A DNA stretch of 64,000 nucleotides from the human T2T-CHM13v2.0 reference genome, Homo sapiens, in NCBI RefSeq assembly GCF_009914755.1, contig NC_060947.1; one strand, written 5' to 3'. Both the position numbers and the translations under genes were made by a program. This document shows, one piece after another, positions 1 to 20,435 of the stretch (within the stretch, counting starts at the first letter, position 1; each line of letters starts with the position of its first letter). A model generated the notes under the pieces. That model was not told the DNA's origin. It searched no databases and worked only from the letters and a program-made list of their open reading frames with translations.

Positions 1-117
1 GATCCCTTCAAGGGGTTGCCAGGCATCCTCTGCTCTGTGGACTCACAGGCACTGTTTCCCACCTTAATGGTCACTCTTGGTTGCACTGTGATGATCTGTT
101 TAAGCATGTGGAGACCA

Positions 118-480
118 CCGCTTCTCAACTTTGGCTATACAATGGAATCACCTGGAGAGCTTTCAAAAATATAGATGCCTGGGTCTCCCTTCAGATTCTG
201 ATCTAGTCAGTCTTAGGTGTGGTTTAGGCACTGTTGCTTTAAAAGCCCCGCGTGTGATTCTAATGTGCATCCAGACCTGACAACTGTCCTAGCCCACTGC
301 TCACCACACTTGAGCATGCATCAGAACCACCTGGAGGGCTTGTGAAAATGACTGCTGGACATCACCTCCAGAACTTCTGATGGAGTAAGTCTGGGGTGAG
401 CCAGAGAATCTGCCTTTCTAACAAGCTTCCAGGTGAGGCTGACACTACTGGTCCAGGGCCCACACCTTGAGAACCAGTGT
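118..480. mobile_element. Two adjacent MER5-type hAT-Charlie DNA transposon fossils
   Basis: ttctcaact..gaatcacctggagagc..; catcagaaccacctggagggcttg..aatctgcctttctaacaagcttcc..ttgagaacc. Confidence 0.7.
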
Positions 481-1439
481 TCTAGATTATGGTGATTCTA
501 CAGGGCAGGGCCCTCCCTGTGGCTACTCTCTGTATGACAGAGCTCAGCAGAGTGAGCCCCAAAACAGTCTGCAGAAGGAATGACTGATCACCTGCCACAT
601 TCCTCCACAGTGTTTACCTTTGCCAAGGTTGTTACTGTCCTACATGCTACTGTCTAGGTCTGTTTGTTTTGTTTTGTTTTGTTTTGTTTTCCGTGGAGGT
701 GGAAGGCAGGGGCAGGGGGACTGGGTCTTACTATGCTGCCCCTGGTTGATCTTTAACTCCTGGCCTCAAGCAATCCTCCTGCCTCAGCCTCTCCAGTCGC
801 TGTGATTACAGGTGTGCACCACCCTGCCAGGCTTTGGGTCTTTTCATTTGACCCTTGTCCTCTAAACTCTTGTCTTATCTCTGAATCTCTGGCACCCTAA
901 AGACTGGGAGGGACTCAAAAAGTTGCTGAATCAAAGGGCCACGAATATTATGTCCCATTGATGGAAACCTCCCAATTTGCAGAATATTTTAACCTCATAC
1001 CAGAAGTGTCTATAAAAACAACCAACATTTTAAGGCATCTTTGTACCCATTTTTCTGCTAGAGTTGTGGGAGGAATACAAGGGTAAAGAAAGGAAGGCAC
1101 TCCATGAGCTGCTCCCCATAGCCCCACCCCCAACACACACACAGATTAATCTTTCCATTGAATTCCATCAGTGCTCTGATTCTCACAGACCTTTTTCCTC
1201 TTTACTTCACATTCGGGTCCTTCCCTCTCTCATTCACCACCCTCAGGCACAGGAAACTCTACCCTCCCGATGCCCTCTCTCGCCAACCCTCCCTTTCCAG
1301 TCCATCCATCAGGATACAAGCTTCTTAAGGGCAGGGCTATGTTCCATTTCTTCTTGTAGCCCCCAAAGGGCCTAGCACAGTGTTTTGTGCACAGTAAGCA
1401 CTCAAGAAATGTCAAGTTCATGAAGGGGAAGCAGTAACA

Positions 1440-1656
1440 TATACTGAGCACCTCAGTTTTTGTTCTGTCTTGGCCTCCAGGGGATTGGAGGATCCCACCC
1501 ACGTTGAGGGTGGATCTTCCCCCACCTAGTCCACTCAGACTCACACACCAATTTCCTCTGAAAACACTCTCACAGACACACACAAAAATAATGCTTTACC
1601 AGCTCTCTAGGTATTCCCCAATCCAGTCAAGTTGACACTAAAAATTAACCATCACA
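1440..1656 (-). mobile_element. MLT2-family (ERVL) LTR 5' portion
   Basis: Reverse complement starts tgtgatggttaatttttagtgtcaacttgactgg, the MLT2 5' end. Confidence 0.75.
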
Positions 1657-1910
1657 CTGGATAAATATAATATGGCGTTATACATCCATACAATGAAATA
1701 ATGTTCAGCCATAAAAAAGGAATGAAGGGGATGGGAGACATTGTGAAACACTACTAATGGGTTCAAGATTTCTTTTGGGAGTGATGAAAATGTGATGGTA
1801 TTTTAGGCAGTGGTGACAGTTTCACAACATTGCGAATGTACAAAATGCCACCAGATTACACTTCAAAATGATTAATGTTATTATTAGTAAATTATATTGC
1901 AATAAAAGAA
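1657..1910 (+). mobile_element. L1M 3'-end fragment
   Basis: tggataaat..catacaatgaaata..cagccataaaaaaggaatgaa..gtgatgaaaatg. Confidence 0.7.
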
Positions 1911-2369
1911 TTTGTAGTGCTCCCCCCCACCCCAAAAAAAGCAAAATACCAAAAACCACATCAGGGAGTGTTCCACAACAAGGCTTAAAATCCAGAGCCT
2001 AGTTGATCTTATCTGCGGCCTTCTCCCAAATCTTCTAGGTTGCCTGTTTTTCCTTTTCATCCCAAATATCTAGATGATATATCTGGTTCCAAAGGCAAAC
2101 CTATGTGGTACATGTGAGTATGTAAAAATCATATATATTTCTATAAAGTATCTTTGTCACACAATCCCAACAGCTTTGTTATTAATTATACTTTGTAAAA
2201 CTGGGGAGCAAAAATAAATGTTAGCAAGTTGGAAGAAAAATGAGTGTTTATTTTTAAAAGGGGATGAAAAAAACTGCCAATAAATGATAAATGTGTTGTG
2301 ATAAACAGCTGCTGTGATGGTTACATGAAATGTGTGGGAAGAACTTCCCGTATAATAAATGCTCATTAA

Positions 2370-2703
<334 letters not shown>

Positions 2704-2732
2704 CATTTCTTTAATCTAGAAAATAACCCACC

Positions 2733-3035
<303 letters not shown>

Positions 3036-3646
3036 AATGGAGACTTTAAAACATCAAGTGACCCACCCATCCAATGTCCTATTAAGTGGGAGGAGTCTAA
3101 TTATCTCTCTGACTTTTAATCCAGTGTGATTTCTTCTGGACTCTGCTGCTCTCCTGGGAGAGAGGAGGTGGGGTCAGATTCAGATCAGTGAAAGGCAGGA
3201 GTTGGAAATTCCAGGCAAGGGTAATGATTTATGCAAAAATATGCTAGAAAATAATAAAGCCTGAAATCCAATTGAACTTTTCAATCTTGCAAGTGGAAAC
3301 TGAAAATCAACTGACAGAATCTAGAACCTTTTTCATTATTGCATGAGGGTATATTGTTTTTGTTCGGAAAGCATCACATACTCCCGCCTCATATTTTTCA
3401 TTTAAAACCTCAAAACCAATTACAATCCCATAAGGTCACTAAACTTCCCATTTAAATTTCTTTCAGTGTAGGGCTAAATCTCAATTCTCTCCATAACTCA
3501 GGATGAGTGCTTTAATACAATGGACTTTTGATGAAAACCAACAGCGAAATTGTGTAGCAACCTAATTTTTCTTCAAAATGAAATTCATAACCATTAAAGG
3601 CACTCTGAGAACATCAACAAAACAACCCTTAACAGTGTTAAAATGA

Positions 3647-3974
<328 letters not shown>

Positions 3975-4874
3975 TTAATCATACCAGCATACAATGTGCA
4001 AAAAAAGAAAACCCTAAAAAGTCAATTTAATGTATGATTGGCACTTTCAAAATCCCAAATCATGAAATTTCAGGTGGAACAGCTCTGAGGCCCCATTCAA
4101 CCAGAGATGAGACTGCTCCATCTCTCTCTCCACCAGAAAGAGAACTCTGTCTTTATGTTCTTGGCTTTTTCCATTCTACCCATCCAATATGAATCAGTTA
4201 TTGGGCTTTCATTACACAGATGGAGAATGTATGTGGGTAGATTTCCAGGACTGTGAGAAATGAATCAGTTTTCATTAATCGACACTGGAAAGGGGAAAAA
4301 TATGCTGCATGGGGGTGGGGGATGGGGGGAATAAAAGAGAGAAGGAAGTGAAAGAGAGATGAGGGACTAGGAAGCCATGAGCCATGTTGGACTGTTTCTG
4401 GGGAGAGTTCTGACTAGGAATTGAGTGAGGGAAGGGTTTTGTGTGACTCTTGGAAGGTACAGTGTGTGGGTGTGTCAGTGTGTGTGTGCACAAATAATAC
4501 TGGGAGCCAGAGGACGAGGCAAAAAGCTGCATATTAGGAATTCATCTTTTGACACTTTTCTAGTCTCCAGTAAATGTACAAATTGCTTTTAATCCCTTTT
4601 GACTACTGAATTCTATTTCTTCGACTATTACATGAAGTTCTGGTATTTATTTGGGATACTTATTTTGGAAACAAATACCTAGGCAGGAACTAACCTCAGG
4701 GGAATCATATGGTTACAAAGACCTATCAGTGGCCATTTATTCCATTTTCTATCTCTGACAAGAGCAGAACCAGGTGGTTTCAACTTAAATTTGTCTCTCA
4801 GGAAGATGCCATTTCTTGCAATAGCTTAATAACTCTTCCGAGCATTTTTTTGGGTGGGGGAGGGTTCTAATCCA

Positions 4875-5052
4875 ATGATTCTCAAGCTTTCGTGTGCATC
4901 AGAATCCATTAGAGGGCTTATTAAAAACTGATTGCTGGGCTCTACCCCTAGAATTTCTGAGTTAGTAGGTCTGGGGTGGGGCCTGAGAATTTGTATTTCT
5001 AATAAATTCCCAGATGATGCTGATGCTGCTAGTCTAGGGACCACGCTCTGAC
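4875..5052. mobile_element. MER5A
   Basis: gcatcagaatc..gtaggtctggggtggggcctgagaatttgtatttctaataaattcccag. Confidence 0.75.
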
Positions 5053-5301
5053 AATGAATGATCTAATCCATTTCCTACCTGCTATAATTTTCTGAACTGG
5101 CTTAAATTTTCTCTTAAATGGTGATAATAAGTCACTATTATCACCCAATTCATTCCTTGCAACGTGCCCCTTTCAAAGATGTCATGATTCATACTTTTGA
5201 ATGAGGCAAGTCTAGAACTAGGAATTAAGTTCAATAACTACTGACTACTAGGATGAAGGTATAGACATCCAAAAGGTATAGACAATTAAAAAATGTATAC
5301 A

Positions 5302-5653
<352 letters not shown>

Positions 5654-6050
5654 TTAAGACTATATACAAATCTACGCCGTTAATAGATTTTTATAAAATA
5701 TGCCCACTAAATTCCCATAGGTTTCCTTTTAAAACAGCTAACTGAATTACATTTTCCAGAAAAATGCAGACATGTAAGATTATTACTAAACAATTCAAAT
5801 GATTCCTAAATGATTTTCTTAAATCACAATTGCACAGCTAAGAGAAGGGCCATTTTCCCCACCAAATGTAGAATTGGGCGAAGCCCAAACAATACAAAGT
5901 GCATAGTACTTTGACATCAAGGTCAAATAATAATAATGAGAATGGATCCCTCCCCTGACCCCCGACTCCAAAACTTGGCATGTAATCATCACCATTCTGC
6001 CACAAAATCCTCTACACACGGTTATCAGAAGAAGGTACAACAGGAGTTCT

Positions 6051-6398
<348 letters not shown>

Positions 6399-7099
6399 CT
6401 ATAAAATGGAGATAAGAGTAGAACCTATCATAGAGTGAGAATTAAATGAGATATAGGCACTGCTTAACTGTATCCAGCACACAATAGGAGCTCAACAAAT
6501 CCAGCTATTCTGCGTTGGCTATTCTAATGCACATGCTCCTATTTATTGTTCTCCACCTTCCACTATGGAGGGCCTCTGCACACACACCTGGAAACCTCAA
6601 TCAGGCTACCTTTCCTAATGGGGGTGATAAGATAGAGTACATTACAACACTGCCAGTGTAAAACTAGGGCAAGGATTCTTTTCCAACAAAAATTATACTA
6701 GAAACATGTATATGTCCTCTTCATTTCTCATCTTCTGCAAAGAGTATATCAGTTACCAATCACTGTTTGTTTGCTTGTTTTTGTCTACACATGTAGACAC
6801 ACGCCCTTTATGGTAGAAATGAGAGATCCTGTCTTCAGCAAAATAAGTAATTTCTTATTTAAAAAGTACGTAGAGATGACATCTCACAAACACTAATTAT
6901 GAAGGTGGTATATGATGATGTTATTCTATATTCATACACATGTACTCAGCCACCCCAGGAACTCCTGCGCCAGTAACTCAATCTGGTAAATAAGCTCCCC
7001 AGAACCAAAAGACAACATGCCAAGTTATAAAATTCAACAGTGCCTAGTTTTGAGGACTGTACACGTATTTGTGGGCTAGATTGTCTTTTTCTAAAAATA

Positions 7100-7610
7100 T
7101 GAGTTCCTAAGCACCTACTTCTGGCCAGGCATTATTCTCTACAAATATTATTTAATGCTCACAATACTCCTAGGAGGTGGGAGGCACCCCCATTTTATAG
7201 ATGAGGAAATTGAGACTCAGAGAGGTTAAGAAATCTGTCCAAAGTCACACAGCTATTAAGTAGCAAAGCATGAATTTGAGGCCAGTCTGGTTGACTCTCA
7301 ATAATGAGAGGGCCTAAAGGGAAGGAGCACTGACAGAGAGACCTAGATATCTAGAAAATGGTAGCTATTCCTACTGGGAAGCACGAAGGATGATGCTAAG
7401 AAAGAGGAGTGGGCTCTGCCCAGCTCAGTTAAATCCCTGCTCAGCACACACTAAGTGTGACTTCTGGGGAAGCTTCTCAGCCTCACTTTTCTCAGCTGTT
7501 AAACAGCACCTGTGTTACAGAGTAATGTGGAGCTTAAGGAACAATATATGCAAAGCTCTTAGAACATATTAAATGCCTAATAAATATTAGCTAACAGTAT
7601 TATCATCATT
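7100..7610. mobile_element. MIR SINE fragments (two, opposite orientation)
   Basis: cccattttatagatgaggaaattgagactcagagaggttaag core; second copy tgtgacttctggg..agcctcacttttctcagctg. Confidence 0.7.
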
Positions 7611-10531
7611 ATTACTGGTTTAGATATGGCCCTGAAATGAGATATGTCCTGAGTATCCAGAAAGCATGAGTATTCCTTAATCTCATTACCTGACCACCAC
7701 CATGTCTACTACCACAGTCTAGAACCAGCCCCTGACCCTCCCTGATCTTTAATCCTTGTTTTCACATCAGCAATGTCTTCAGCTTGCCCCAAGCCTCCAG
7801 TGGGGGACCCATTGGGTAGGCTAGGCCCCGAGAGTGTACATATTTGCCAAAACTCATCAAACAGTAGACTTAAAATTTGTGCATTGTAGTGTATGTAATT
7901 TATACCTATTTTCAAAGCTGTAACAACTACAGCAACAAACAGAAAAGGCAAAATTCAGTGCTGACCACCTGCCATATGTTGTTAGTGCCCAAAGCTATGA
8001 AGAATAACCCGGCAACTCCCAGGTAACCACATCTTCACTGTGGCCCTGTGAAGAAGTGGGGTGTATTTGGACTCCAAGGGCAGCATGGGAAATAGGAGGT
8101 ATGCCTTCTGCCAGGGCCAGCATGGGAACTGAAGTCACCTGCAAAGGCCCAGGCAGTGGCTGAAGAGAAAGAGCATGGCAAAAAGGCCTAACCTTGCTGG
8201 TTACCAGAAGATAAGGAAATCTAAGAAGCTGGTTCGTTGGTCCTGAACTCTTCCTTGACAGCTGTTATCTTCCAGGGTAACTGTTAACCTGACTTTCTCA
8301 TGCTTTTAACTGTCTCCAGTCTACATCAGATCCCAGCTACAAATGCCCCAAAGGCCTGGTTCTTTCTACAGCTACAGTAAAACTGCCTCAATTGGATTTT
8401 CTCCCCATTCATAGATAAAGCTCAGCCCCCTCGGCCCTGAGAGCTTCTTCTTGGCTCCATCCATGTGGCCTGCCCAACTGTATCCTAGTCAAGAGACTGG
8501 GTAAATTCCTTAACATCTCAGAGGTTTAAATTCCTCTTCTATAAAATAGGAACATTACTACCTACATCCCAAGGTTATGGGGTAGAGGCAAGACCTTTTG
8601 AAAATGCTTGGCATGCAGGAGTATTCACAGTTGGCTCCTTTCCCCTGATGATAGAAGAGAACACAGACAAAACAAGTTGGGGCAGATGACCACTGGGCCC
8701 CAAATCCTGGAATCATTTCAGTCTTCCCAAGAACCCCATAAAACTACTCCAGGAAACCCCCCACAACTTCCTAAGAGGTCACAGTTTTCATTCTAAGGCT
8801 TTCTCTGCCAAGCTGATAGTTTGCTTAGAAGCTAAGATGAGCAAACTCAAAGGTAGCGAAGGAAGACATAGTCTAGAAAAATTAAACTCAACTGATTATC
8901 TACCGGGCACCATGATATGAAAGCTTAGCTCCCACCCTGGATCCTCATCTGGGAGGCAGGAATTACCTAGCTTCCTGTGTTTCTACAATTATATGTAATT
9001 TCAAAATAAGCCAATATGCACAGCATATTCTATTCACAGCATGATTTGCTAGTTAAAAGAAACCTATACAGCTAAGCTCAGGGCTCCCTAAGGTAATACG
9101 GGTGACTCTATGCTGAGGTCTGTCCTCCCAGCCTTCTTCCCTGTGCGGTGGTTGCAAGATCATCTCTCCTCCACCTTCATGCTCTCCTTTCTGTGTAATT
9201 CTGTTCATCACAGTTTTTTGTGCATGCCTGTTCTTCAACAACAAGAATGTGGATTCTACCCACCCTATACAAGGTGATCCCAAAAAACCAACAAGCAAAT
9301 GGGGCTAGAATGAGATAAGGCAGTAAACATGGACAGGGCAGCAAGGGTAGAGTTTTCTACCATGGACAGGGCATGTAGGTCTGGGCATCTGAACTTGGCC
9401 TCAGGTCCTTTAGAGATGGAGAGGCTCTGACATGCAGGGCTTTTGCGTGAGCTTCTGGAGTCTCACCTGATAAAGGGCTCCAATCATGCAGACAAAATGA
9501 CCCTTGAAGAGCACCCCCACATCCCCCAGCAAGTACAGAGAGGGCAGCTGAGTACAGTGCCCTGGGAGCAGGGGCTCCAGAGCCAGGTAGCCTGGGTTCT
9601 AACCCCATGGAGATCGCGCCCACTCACTGGATCACTAGGAGCATTAATTGAGAGGGAAAGGATGCAAACAGGAGGAGGGAAAAGAGGGAACTGCTCAGTA
9701 CACTATGCGCTACACAAGCACTGCTCAATAAATGTCAGGCATCATTATTCCTCAGCCTAACCCAGCCAGTATTTTCCTGTAATGGTGGGGCAGAGGCTGG
9801 CTTTCAGGTTACATATCAGGAGAAGCGGTTGCTCAATGAGGGTTGTGTCATGTGAAAATACAAGCTCCCAACTCACCAATCCAAGACAAGACTCAGAAAG
9901 GCTTTGAGCTTCTGGAAAGAGGGCCAAGACACGGGGATAAATGACTCTTGCTTAGAAGCTTGTTGCTTTTTCTCAGCAACAAAGCACAAGAAATGTACAA
10001 ATATCTCTTTTAAACTGTGGACAGAACCCAGCAGGTAATGACTGGTAAAGAGAAATTACCTGTGGAGTTTCCAGTATTAGCAATGTCATTTGATTTCTAT
10101 TCATGGTGATGTGTATGTGTGTTTAATAACATGAAAGTAAAAGATGTAAAAGAGTCTCATCCTTCCTATAGGGAGATAGCTAAAAAGAAAAAGAAAGAAA
10201 AAAGGATCCCAAAGGCTCACCAGAGACCTTTCCAGCCAATCTCCATGGCACTCCTGGCCCAGATGCCCATAAGGCCCCAGGTCCCTACCATAGGACAAGC
10301 TGCACTCTTGAGTATGAGCAAGCCAACTGCAAGCTCTTTGTCTCAAGCTGATTATATTGTCCTCATTCCTTGTTTCTGTTTCTGCACAATTACATGTATG
10401 TGGTTGTTTGGGGTCCCTCCAACCTCACTGTTACAGGGTTAACAGGACCCTTCAGACCCCTTCCCTGAGGACAGCCCCTTCTTCCTAGGCTGACAACTCT
10501 TCCTTGGCCATCTCACTGGGCATCAGATCTG

Positions 10532-10827
10532 ATTTTTTTTTTTTTTTTGAGACAGAGTCTCACTCGGTCGCCTAGGCTGGAATGCAGTGGCACGATCCTA
10601 GCTCACTGTAACCTCTGCCTCCTGGGATCAAGGGATTCTTGTGCTTCAGCCTCCTGAGTAGCTGGGATTACAGGTGTGCACCACCACGCTCAGCTTTTTG
10701 TATTTTTAGTAGAGGCGAAGTTTCACCATGTTGGCCAGGCTGGTCTCAAACTTCTGACCTTAGGTGATCAGCCCGCCTCAGACTCCCAAAGTACTGGGAT
10801 TACAGGCATAACCCACCGCGCCCGGCC
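10532..10827 (-). mobile_element. AluS
   Basis: Full Alu, TSD cagatctga. Confidence 0.9.
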
Positions 10828-11123
10828 CAGATCTGAGCTTTAATCACTGCTGAGCACAAACTACCCAATGTGAACTGCTTGCTCTCCTAGCCCTGCTATT
10901 CCAACTTAGCTCATGGCAATTCCAGCCCACAGAAGAGATGGTCCCAGTTACACCACTGAGTCCAGAGGCCACTGACAAGGCTACTGAAGAGCAATGCAAG
11001 TCATCAGGGTAGTGCTTAGGCCTGCTCCTACCACCAGCTGGCTTCCGTTTCAAGAAGATTCCTTAGTTTTAAAACAAAATGCAAAGGATAAATAAAGGGG
11101 CTAGGAAAAAAAATCACTCTTTT

Positions 11124-11250
11124 GGGCTGGGAGCAGTGGCTCATGCCTGTATTCCCAGTGCTTAGGAAGAAAGTGGGAGCATCGTTTGAGGCCAGGAGTT
11201 CAAGACCAGCCTGGGCAACATACCAAGACCCTGTCTCTACAAAAAATATT
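11124..11250 (+). mobile_element. Alu left monomer (FLAM/AluJ-like)
   Basis: ggctgggagcagtggctcatgcctgt..accctgtctctacaaaaa. Confidence 0.75.
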
Positions 11251-11476
11251 TTTTTAATTAGAGAGTAAAACTCTTGGTATTACAACAATTGGGAGACAGG
11301 TTAAAAATGATTTTGAAAGTTAGAACCCCTGTTCCATTTCCATTTGTCTCTGAAAAACATGCCCAGCAGAGTTACCCCCATCCTAGGCCTACAGATCTGT
11401 GCGTCTGGCATCCTCAGTCCAGCCACAACATAATTCTTAAACAAGGACAATCTTCAAGGGCACTTTGAGGCCTTGA

Positions 11477-11805
<329 letters not shown>

Positions 11806-12621
11806 ACAGATAGATTATTTTTAAACCACAAAAGCAGAGTACAATGTGTAACCGCATTCAACATTGTTCAGGGCAGTCTGGTTGGCCTTTTAAACAGCCT
11901 CGCAGTTATCTCTAGCTTGTCAATTAAATTTACCTCTATCTAACCCACCTCCAGCCTCTAACCGCATCCCTGCTAAAACCCTCTTTGGAAAACAAAAGAA
12001 CCATGAATCTTAAAGTTCAATTTATTGCTGCCAGTAGTTAAAAGTTGATTTTGAAAATAGTAAAACTACAGATTATGATACAAAAGAAAAGGTAAACCGT
12101 GGAACTGAATATTTGGTTCTGGGAAAGATTTGTGAAAAGTAAAACAACGAGGCCTTCAGGGGAGAATTCCCAAGGTTTATGGACATGTACAAGCTTCTCT
12201 TTTGGCCATTCCACAGAAAAGGCCACTGCCATTCCAAAATAACACATAGGAAAAGTGCTTTTCCCATGTGCACTACAGGTATGCCTGAGTATGGATGGTA
12301 CCTGGGCTGTTGTGGCTGTCACTATTTCTTTCCTTTTCATTTCAGGAACATAAAAATAAATGATATATGCATTTTCAAATCCTGTGTGTTGCCATTCATC
12401 TGTAAAAACGATCATCAAAGAACAGCAATATGCTGTTGCTATTTAAGCATGCTAGCACATCACAGCAATCGGGTTTTGGATTTACCACATTATTTTAAGT
12501 TAGCCAAACTGTCATACTTAAAGGTCAATACATACATTTCTATTATAGCTGACCGAAAACTAGTGCTTCAGATGACCACTGCCTTTAAAAATAGCAAGCT
12601 ACACAATCCTTACATTCTAAT

Positions 12622-13149
<528 letters not shown>

Positions 13150-13390
13150 CTACACTGCATGTGACGAATAAAAAAACCTTCTTCACAGTGTATACACCTT
13201 GGTTCATGCCACATCAATATACGGTAGTAATATAAAACCTCAGAAAACGATAAAGAAAATAAACACGATTCCCATTTGGGTGGCTTTGTTAAAAATGGTA
13301 GCAATAATAAAATAATTCTTCAATCGCAGAGAATTAGTAAACTTCTGATAGGTGTTTGACAGCATCAATGGGCATAATTTGTTCCCCTAG

Positions 13391-13766
<376 letters not shown>

Positions 13767-14599
13767 AGTAGGGCTGTATCTAAACGCCTTATTAGTAGTG
13801 GTAAGGCTTTTAATTATTATGGAATAAACTGCACCAACCTTCCTTTCCCAGATGGCAGTACAGTGAAACCATGGTAGGAACCTGCAAGCGAGGCAAACAC
13901 ATTGAGCTGCCTCACAATCTGGAGTGGGAAGGCTTACTTGGCCAGGCAACCCTGCTCAACAGGCCACCCTGAGGAGGTCAAACACACGCCATCTGCCTTC
14001 ATATGACCTATACAGGCCCTACCAGGCAAATAAGTCCCCTCCTAAGGACATTAGTATAAATTATACTCTTAGTCATAATCCCTGTTGGTGAAAACAATTC
14101 ATATTGAGTCTTACAACAAATATCCTGCCTACTTACTGTGGGCACAGGAAAGAGGAGAAGAAGGATGGATGGAAACAGCTTTGATACTTGTAAAAACCCG
14201 TAAGTACTGAAAACTGGGTTTACCTGATTTGATCAGCACTAAAAGGAAGTCTGATGTATCTGATCAAAGTTCTTAAAAAAATACAGCATTTCCCTACAGG
14301 CACGTTTTTACCATAAAGAATCAGTAAAATGTAGGTTGCCTTACAACCACAGCCACTGTGGCCCTTTTTATAGTAACAAGGAAGGACGTCTGTGTTCCCA
14401 AGGTAACCCAACATTCCGCTCATCAATATGGCACTGAGTACTTTCATCGAGCACAGTATCCACCTTCTGAGGTTTCAAAATTGGAGTTCTCTGCTAAGGA
14501 CAGGGCGTGATGGTTGTATGCACACAATACATAGCCAATATGGTCACTAAATGTAAGAAACAAAGATAAAGAGAAGGAACAGGGTAAAATGTTTTCTCA

Positions 14600-14939
<340 letters not shown>

Positions 14940-15214
14940 TAACAAGCCATTTCATCCAATTCACCCAAAGACCTTCATTGTATGCAAAGAGATGTCTGTG
15001 AGGAATATGCAAAAGCTAATAAAGGCATTTCAAATACAGGCAGGCCCTAAGGTGTGGCCGGTCCTTCTCAGAGCCGCCTTCTCACTGTCCTTTCCTTATC
15101 CTGTCCCTCACACTGCTGATGTCCATGTCCCGCACCCAATCCTGTCTTCCCAGCTGCTCCTGTCCCCTATCCCACACAGGTGGGTCCAGGGCTGGGCCCA
15201 CGGGAACCCTGTCC

Positions 15215-15270
15215 TCCCATTTCAGCTACACGGTCCCATTTCAGCTACACGGTCCCATTTCAGCTACACG
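15215..15270. repeat. Perfect 19-bp tandem repeat, ~3 copies
   Basis: (tcccatttcagctacacgg)x2 + tcccatttcagctacacg. Confidence 0.95.
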
Positions 15271-15660
15271 ATAAATGAATAATCCAGATGAGAGGTGATT
15301 AGAATCTGAATGGAAAGGAAAGGATAATTCTAGTATGAAAAGGTAGACACTACACATATAGGCAACTGAATGGAGGTGGGGAGGAGAGAGTCAAAGGAGA
15401 TCTGAAGTTTTCGGCCCAGGAAGCCAGGAGAACAGTGGTTGGCATCGTATGCGGAAATGTGCAGAAATAGGAAGCAGCCTCAGGAGACTTGGGGGAAAAG
15501 CCATAAGTTTAGTTGTTAAAGAATTTGGGAGGCATGGAAAATAGCTTAATAAGAGATTTCGACAACAGCCAGTTTAGAGAAATAATGATAATGAGGATAG
15601 CAATAATAATGATGATGATAATAATCAACATTGATCATGTCGGGCACAGTCCTAAATGCT

Positions 15661-15692
<32 letters not shown>

Positions 15693-16092
15693 TGAGACAG
15701 TCTCGCTCTGTTGCCCAGGCTGGAGTGCAGTGGCGCTATCTCAGCTCACTGCAACCTCCGCCTCCTGGGTTCAAGCAATTCTCCTGCCTCAGCCTCCCTA
15801 AATACTTTACATGTCTACACTTATTTGATTATCCTAACAAATCTATGCAGTAAGTACTATTATTGTACCCATTTTCCAGGTGGGGAAACTGAGACATTAA
15901 GACACTTTCCTGAGGTCACAGAACTGGTTAAGTGGCAGAGGTGCATTGCAAACTCAGGCAGTCTGACTCCAGAATAACACATTGGTGGGGGGAGTGACAG
16001 TTGCCTAGAGGTGAAAGGCAAGGCCTTGTCTTAAAGGCATGATTTACAAAGGAAAATATATTTCACTTCACAACAGAAACCTGTAACACATA

Positions 16093-16484
16093 TGCTATAG
16101 TCTGGATAACTGACGTTGACATTTCATCCCCAAGATTGGTGGTAAAGCCAGGTGGGAGGAGTTTGGGTCATGAGGGTTTGGTGCTATGCTCGTGGTAATG
16201 AGAGTTCTTGCTCTGTTAGTTCCCATGAGAGTCCCTCCAGAGCTGGATGTAAAAAAGAGCCCAGCACATGCCTTTCCTCCCTCTCTCTTCCTCTATCTCT
16301 GCATGTGGTCTGTGCACATGCTAACTCCCCTTCCCCTTCCACCATGAGTGGAAGTAGCCTGAGGCCCTCACTAGAAGCAGATGCTTCTTGCAGTCTGCAG
16401 AATCATGAGCCAAATAAACCTCTTCTCTTTATAAATTACCCAGCCTCGGGCATTATTTTATAGCAACACAAACAGACTAAAACA
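16093..16484 (+). mobile_element. MST-family (MaLR) solo LTR
   Basis: TG...CA ends, 5-bp TSD ACATA, aataaacctcttctctttataaattacccag. Confidence 0.85.
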
Positions 16485-16724
16485 ACATATTCAACTCTGG
16501 GCTTCTAATTCATTTAAGGAAAGATTTTCAGAGCCTGTCTTGGCAATAAAACTTCACAAATCTAGCCTTATTTTCAGAAATTACAGTATTTCAGACACAT
16601 GTGACTATTACTTAGTAAAATATTTAAAATCATTTTACCTCTCTGCTAACCATCATGGTCTAACACACAAGCAAATAGCAGGTCCAGGCTTAAAAACATG
16701 TCACAAGTCAACTGGGGAGTTTAA

Positions 16725-17975
<1,251 letters not shown>

Positions 17976-19106
17976 TCTCCTGTATTTTCTTCTAGAAGTT
18001 TTATGGCTTTAGGTTTAGCTCTATTTTGGAGTTAATTTTTATATATGATGCAAGGTATCAATCACGGGTCATTTTTTGCATATGGATATTCAGTTGTTCC
18101 AGCACCATTTGCTGAAAAGACTGTTCTTTTTCCATTAAATTATCTTGATACCTTTGTCAAATATTCAATTACTCATATATGGACTCTGCAGTCTCTTCTA
18201 TTGATATGTTTGTCTATCCTTATGCCAGTATCACACTGTCTTGATTATAGGAATCTGTGTTTTTAATAAGTACCCCTAGAAGGTTCTCATGATGATGTCC
18301 ATTTGGGAAATATTGTACTAGATTTTTCTAAAGACCCTTCCAACAATGACAGTATTAAGTTTGTGTATTCTCAATAGCTCAGCCTCAATTTATGCCCTAG
18401 TCCTTGCTACTCAGAAGTGAGGTCCACAGACCAGCAATGTCAGCATGAGCTGAAACTTGTTCAAAATGTGGACTCTGAGTCCCTGCCCCAGACCTATTGA
18501 ATATGAAATGCATTATAAGAAGATCCCCAGGGGATTCCCATCAAGTTTGCAAAGCACTGCCCTAGATGTCATTCCCTTGGAGCAGGAGCTTTCCAACGTT
18601 TTAGATCATTAATAACTCCACAATTAGAAATACATATTTACAATGTACATATTTCTGTAGCTGAAATGGGTTTTTACAAAACAATGCCCTCCTATATTTG
18701 TGCTTGCTTTTCTATTCCTTTTCCTTTCCTCTCCTCCCTCGTTCCCCCTTCTCCCTTTCTTCCTACTATAGTTTTCTTGAGGTGTAACTTACATACTGTA
18801 AAGTTCACCCATTTTAAGTGACCACTGTGAATTTATATAGCCTTGCAGCTACCCCCATAATCAAGTTTTAGAACACTTCCATCATCCCAAAACATTCCCT
18901 TTTGCCTCTTTACAGTCAATTCTATGCTATTTACAATGCTGGCTTTTAGCTCTAGTTAAAAGTGGCTCCCTGCTGGGCCAAGAGCCCTGTGACACGACTT
19001 CCAGAACTATTTTTGCACAGAAAGTTATTTTTAGTCTATTTCTGCCATATAATAATGTGTCATAAACTTGTAGGAGCTTTAAGATGTACAAATTAGTTGC
19101 CGAATC

Positions 19107-20435
<1,329 letters not shown>

